Shown: positions 61,902 to 64,000 of the stretch, piece by piece
How the letters are laid out: each line of letters opens with the position of its first letter
Position numbering within the stretch: the stretch's first letter is position 1
Assembly (NCBI RefSeq): GCF_009914755.1
Contig: NC_060942.1
Direction: 5' to 3' (one strand)
DNA length: 64,000 nucleotides
Origin: the human T2T-CHM13v2.0 reference genome, Homo sapiens
The notes under the pieces: generated by a model
The model's input: only the letters and a program-made list of their open reading frames with translations
What the model was told of the DNA's origin: nothing
The model's database searches: none
Made by a program: the position numbers and the translations under genes

Positions 61902-62637
61902 ATCTGTATGACCTTGATCTTTCTGAGGTCATTCTGACAAAGTTCTTGTATTGCTGGTGTGCTCTCAGTTTTCTTGAAGCCCTTGAAGACAAAATGTTGC
62001 CTTAACTTAGTTGATCAACAAGCGAAAGTCAGTGTTCCCACTTGTGGTCTTTGGAAATAAGCCTCACTTCTTTGTGATGGGCCAGAAGGCTGTCTAGAGC
62101 CCTGACCTTGGCATCACTGTAGCATGGACTGGTCTGTTTGTGGAATGCTTGGAAGTCCCAGATGCCGTTGGTTGCTTCAGGATGCTCAGTGTCCTCATGT
62201 CCCACCCACTCCCACCCCACAGCCTGCTCTTTGTCTCAAATATATTTCTCTCTTCACCCTCCTCTTGAGGAAAATACTTTGTGTCAATAAATGCTTCTGG
62301 TGAATTGCTATGGTTCATATTAGTTCTTACTCAATCTGCTGCACTAATTCCCCTGATCTTACACATTTCCAGAATGATCTTTAAATGTCATTGTAGTGTT
62401 CTTTAAAATAATCCAATCAGGGCACTTTCTGCCAAGGGAAAGGCTTTTCCCCTTTTTTACCCCCTAGAATTGGCTGTCTACAACTTACTAGACAAAATAC
62501 AGATTCTTTATTTAGCACCACAAAGTTTTCAGTATTCTGACTTTAGCTCACCTTCTCAGGATTATCTTCTCTACAAAATCCTCAAATGTATCCTACACAC
62601 CATCCACACTAAACTTGTCAAATCTCCTTTATTAGGT

Positions 62638-63056
62638 ATTATACTAGTTTCCAAGGGCTGCTGTAACAATGGCTACTTAAAACAACAGAAATCCAGTATC
62701 AGAACTGCTGGGCTGAAATCAGGGTTTCAGAAGGGCCACAGTCTCTCTGGATGTGGGAATCTGTTCTTTGCCTCTTAAAGCCTCTGGTAGCTGCCTGCAT
62801 TCTTTGGCTCATTGCCTTATCACTCCTATCTCTGCCTCAGTGGTCACGTTGCCTTTTATTTTGTCTGTATCAAATCTTCCTCTGTTTCCCTCTTATAAAG
62901 ATATTTATGATTCTATTTATGGCCTACCTGGATACTCTGCCCAACTCAAATTCCCTAACTTAATCACATCTGCAAAGTCTTTGCCCTAGAAGAAAACACA
63001 GGTTCTGGAAATTAGGATGTGAACACATATCTGGGGGCCATATTTAGCCTACCCAC
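62638..63056 (-). mobile_element. MLT1 LTR inside L2
   Basis: ACTAGTTTCCAAGGGCTGCTGTAACAA...AACTTAATCACATCTGCAAAGTC...GGGGCCATATTTAGCCTAC. Confidence 0.8.
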
Positions 63057-63059
63057 ACT

Positions 63060-63580
63060 TATGTATTACTGAGTAGCCTGTTATCCCTAAAATTTGCAGT
63101 TTAAAACAACTATCTATATTATCCTGTGGGCCATGAATCTGAGTGTGTCTTGGTTGGGTCCTCTAGCTTGGAGTCTCTCCCAAGGCCTCAGTCCCCATAA
63201 GACTTGAGTAGGAAAGACTTGCTTCCTGGTTTGCTCCTGTGCTTTTTTCAGCATTCAGTTCTGCTTGGTTGTTGGACTGAGGCCCCAGGTCCTCACAGGC
63301 TGTTGGCTGGAAGCCTCTCTCAGCTCACTGCCACACAGATCACTTCACTGAACATCTCACATGATGGTGGCTTGCTTCATCAGCAAGTGAAGGGGCAAGA
63401 GAGAGTGCCAGCAGGACAGAAGTCACATCTATCACTTTTGCCTTCTCTATGTGTGAGAAGAAAGTCACTAGCTCCACCCCATACTCAAGGAGAGGGGATT
63501 ACACAGAGACATCAATATTAAAAAGCAAGCTCTTTGGCTCCATATCAGGACCTACCTACAATAGCTCCCCCAACATGTCA
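63060..63580 (-). mobile_element. Second MLT1 (F/G-like) LTR
   Basis: GGTTGTTGGACTGAGGCCCCAG...GCTGTTGGCTGGA...ACTCAAGGAGAGGGGATTACAC. Confidence 0.65.
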
Positions 63581-63905
63581 TGCCCTTTTATGACTGCATG
63601 CCCATGCGTAAGTTTTCTACTCATGTTGTTTCAAAGCTACCAGCTTGGAAAACTCTTCTGTAGGCTTAAGCCATGATTTCAGTTGCCATCTCTACAATGA
63701 ACTCTTTGTCCCAACCATGTTTGAAATTCCAGAGCATTTTTTATACCTTTGTGTCACCTGTAGGTGTTCACACATTTGAGTCTCCCGTTAAGCTATGGTT
63801 ATTTGGGGTCAGGAGTTCTGTCATCTTCCTTCTGTTTTCTCAGTGCCTCTTGGACACAGCACTCTGCATACAGGAACCACTCAATAAGTGTTGTTCTGAA
63901 TATTA
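63581..63905 (+). mobile_element. L2 3' fragment (continues 62330-62630)
   Basis: CAGCACTCTGCATACAGGAACCACTCAATAAGTGTTG. Confidence 0.55.
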
Positions 63906-64000
63906 GTTCTTTTTATAATTGCATAATTTGGTGCTTATTTGATTGAAATGTGATCATTGTACTTCATGTATTCAGTTTGCCTTGAAGAATTTGACTTCAT

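Noticed and set aside
61616-62989. Two pairs of near-identical ORFs suggesting duplicated small genes
   Set aside because: Translations of the duplicated MLT1 segment; no promoter, splice or domain support

Overview
This is a primate (human-like) non-coding, AT-rich, transposon-dense window. I find no supportable host protein-coding gene, RNA gene, CpG island or CRISPR array. The ORF track is explained by Alu, L1, Tigger1 and LTR remnants or by chance ORFs. Content: 21 Alu dimers plus 3 Alu monomers, several L1PA/L1M pieces, L2/MIR/L3 relics, solo LTRs (THE1, MLT1, MER21-, MER50-, LTR8-, LTR16-, LTR41-like), a deleted ERVL provirus with integrase and dUTPase fossils, a near full-length Tigger1 carrying three nested insertions, and two mariner MITEs. 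I did not find a new biological system. The best oddities are mutational-mechanism records (an inverted L1 with a very large internal gap, a short L1 3' transduction, a recent ~97%-identical 240-bp local duplication, a template-switch hairpin, a closely spaced inverted Alu pair) and a few candidate enhancers (ARE/MARE cluster). Repeat family names come from recalled consensus sequences, not a database search. Subfamily calls and old-repeat boundaries are approximate.
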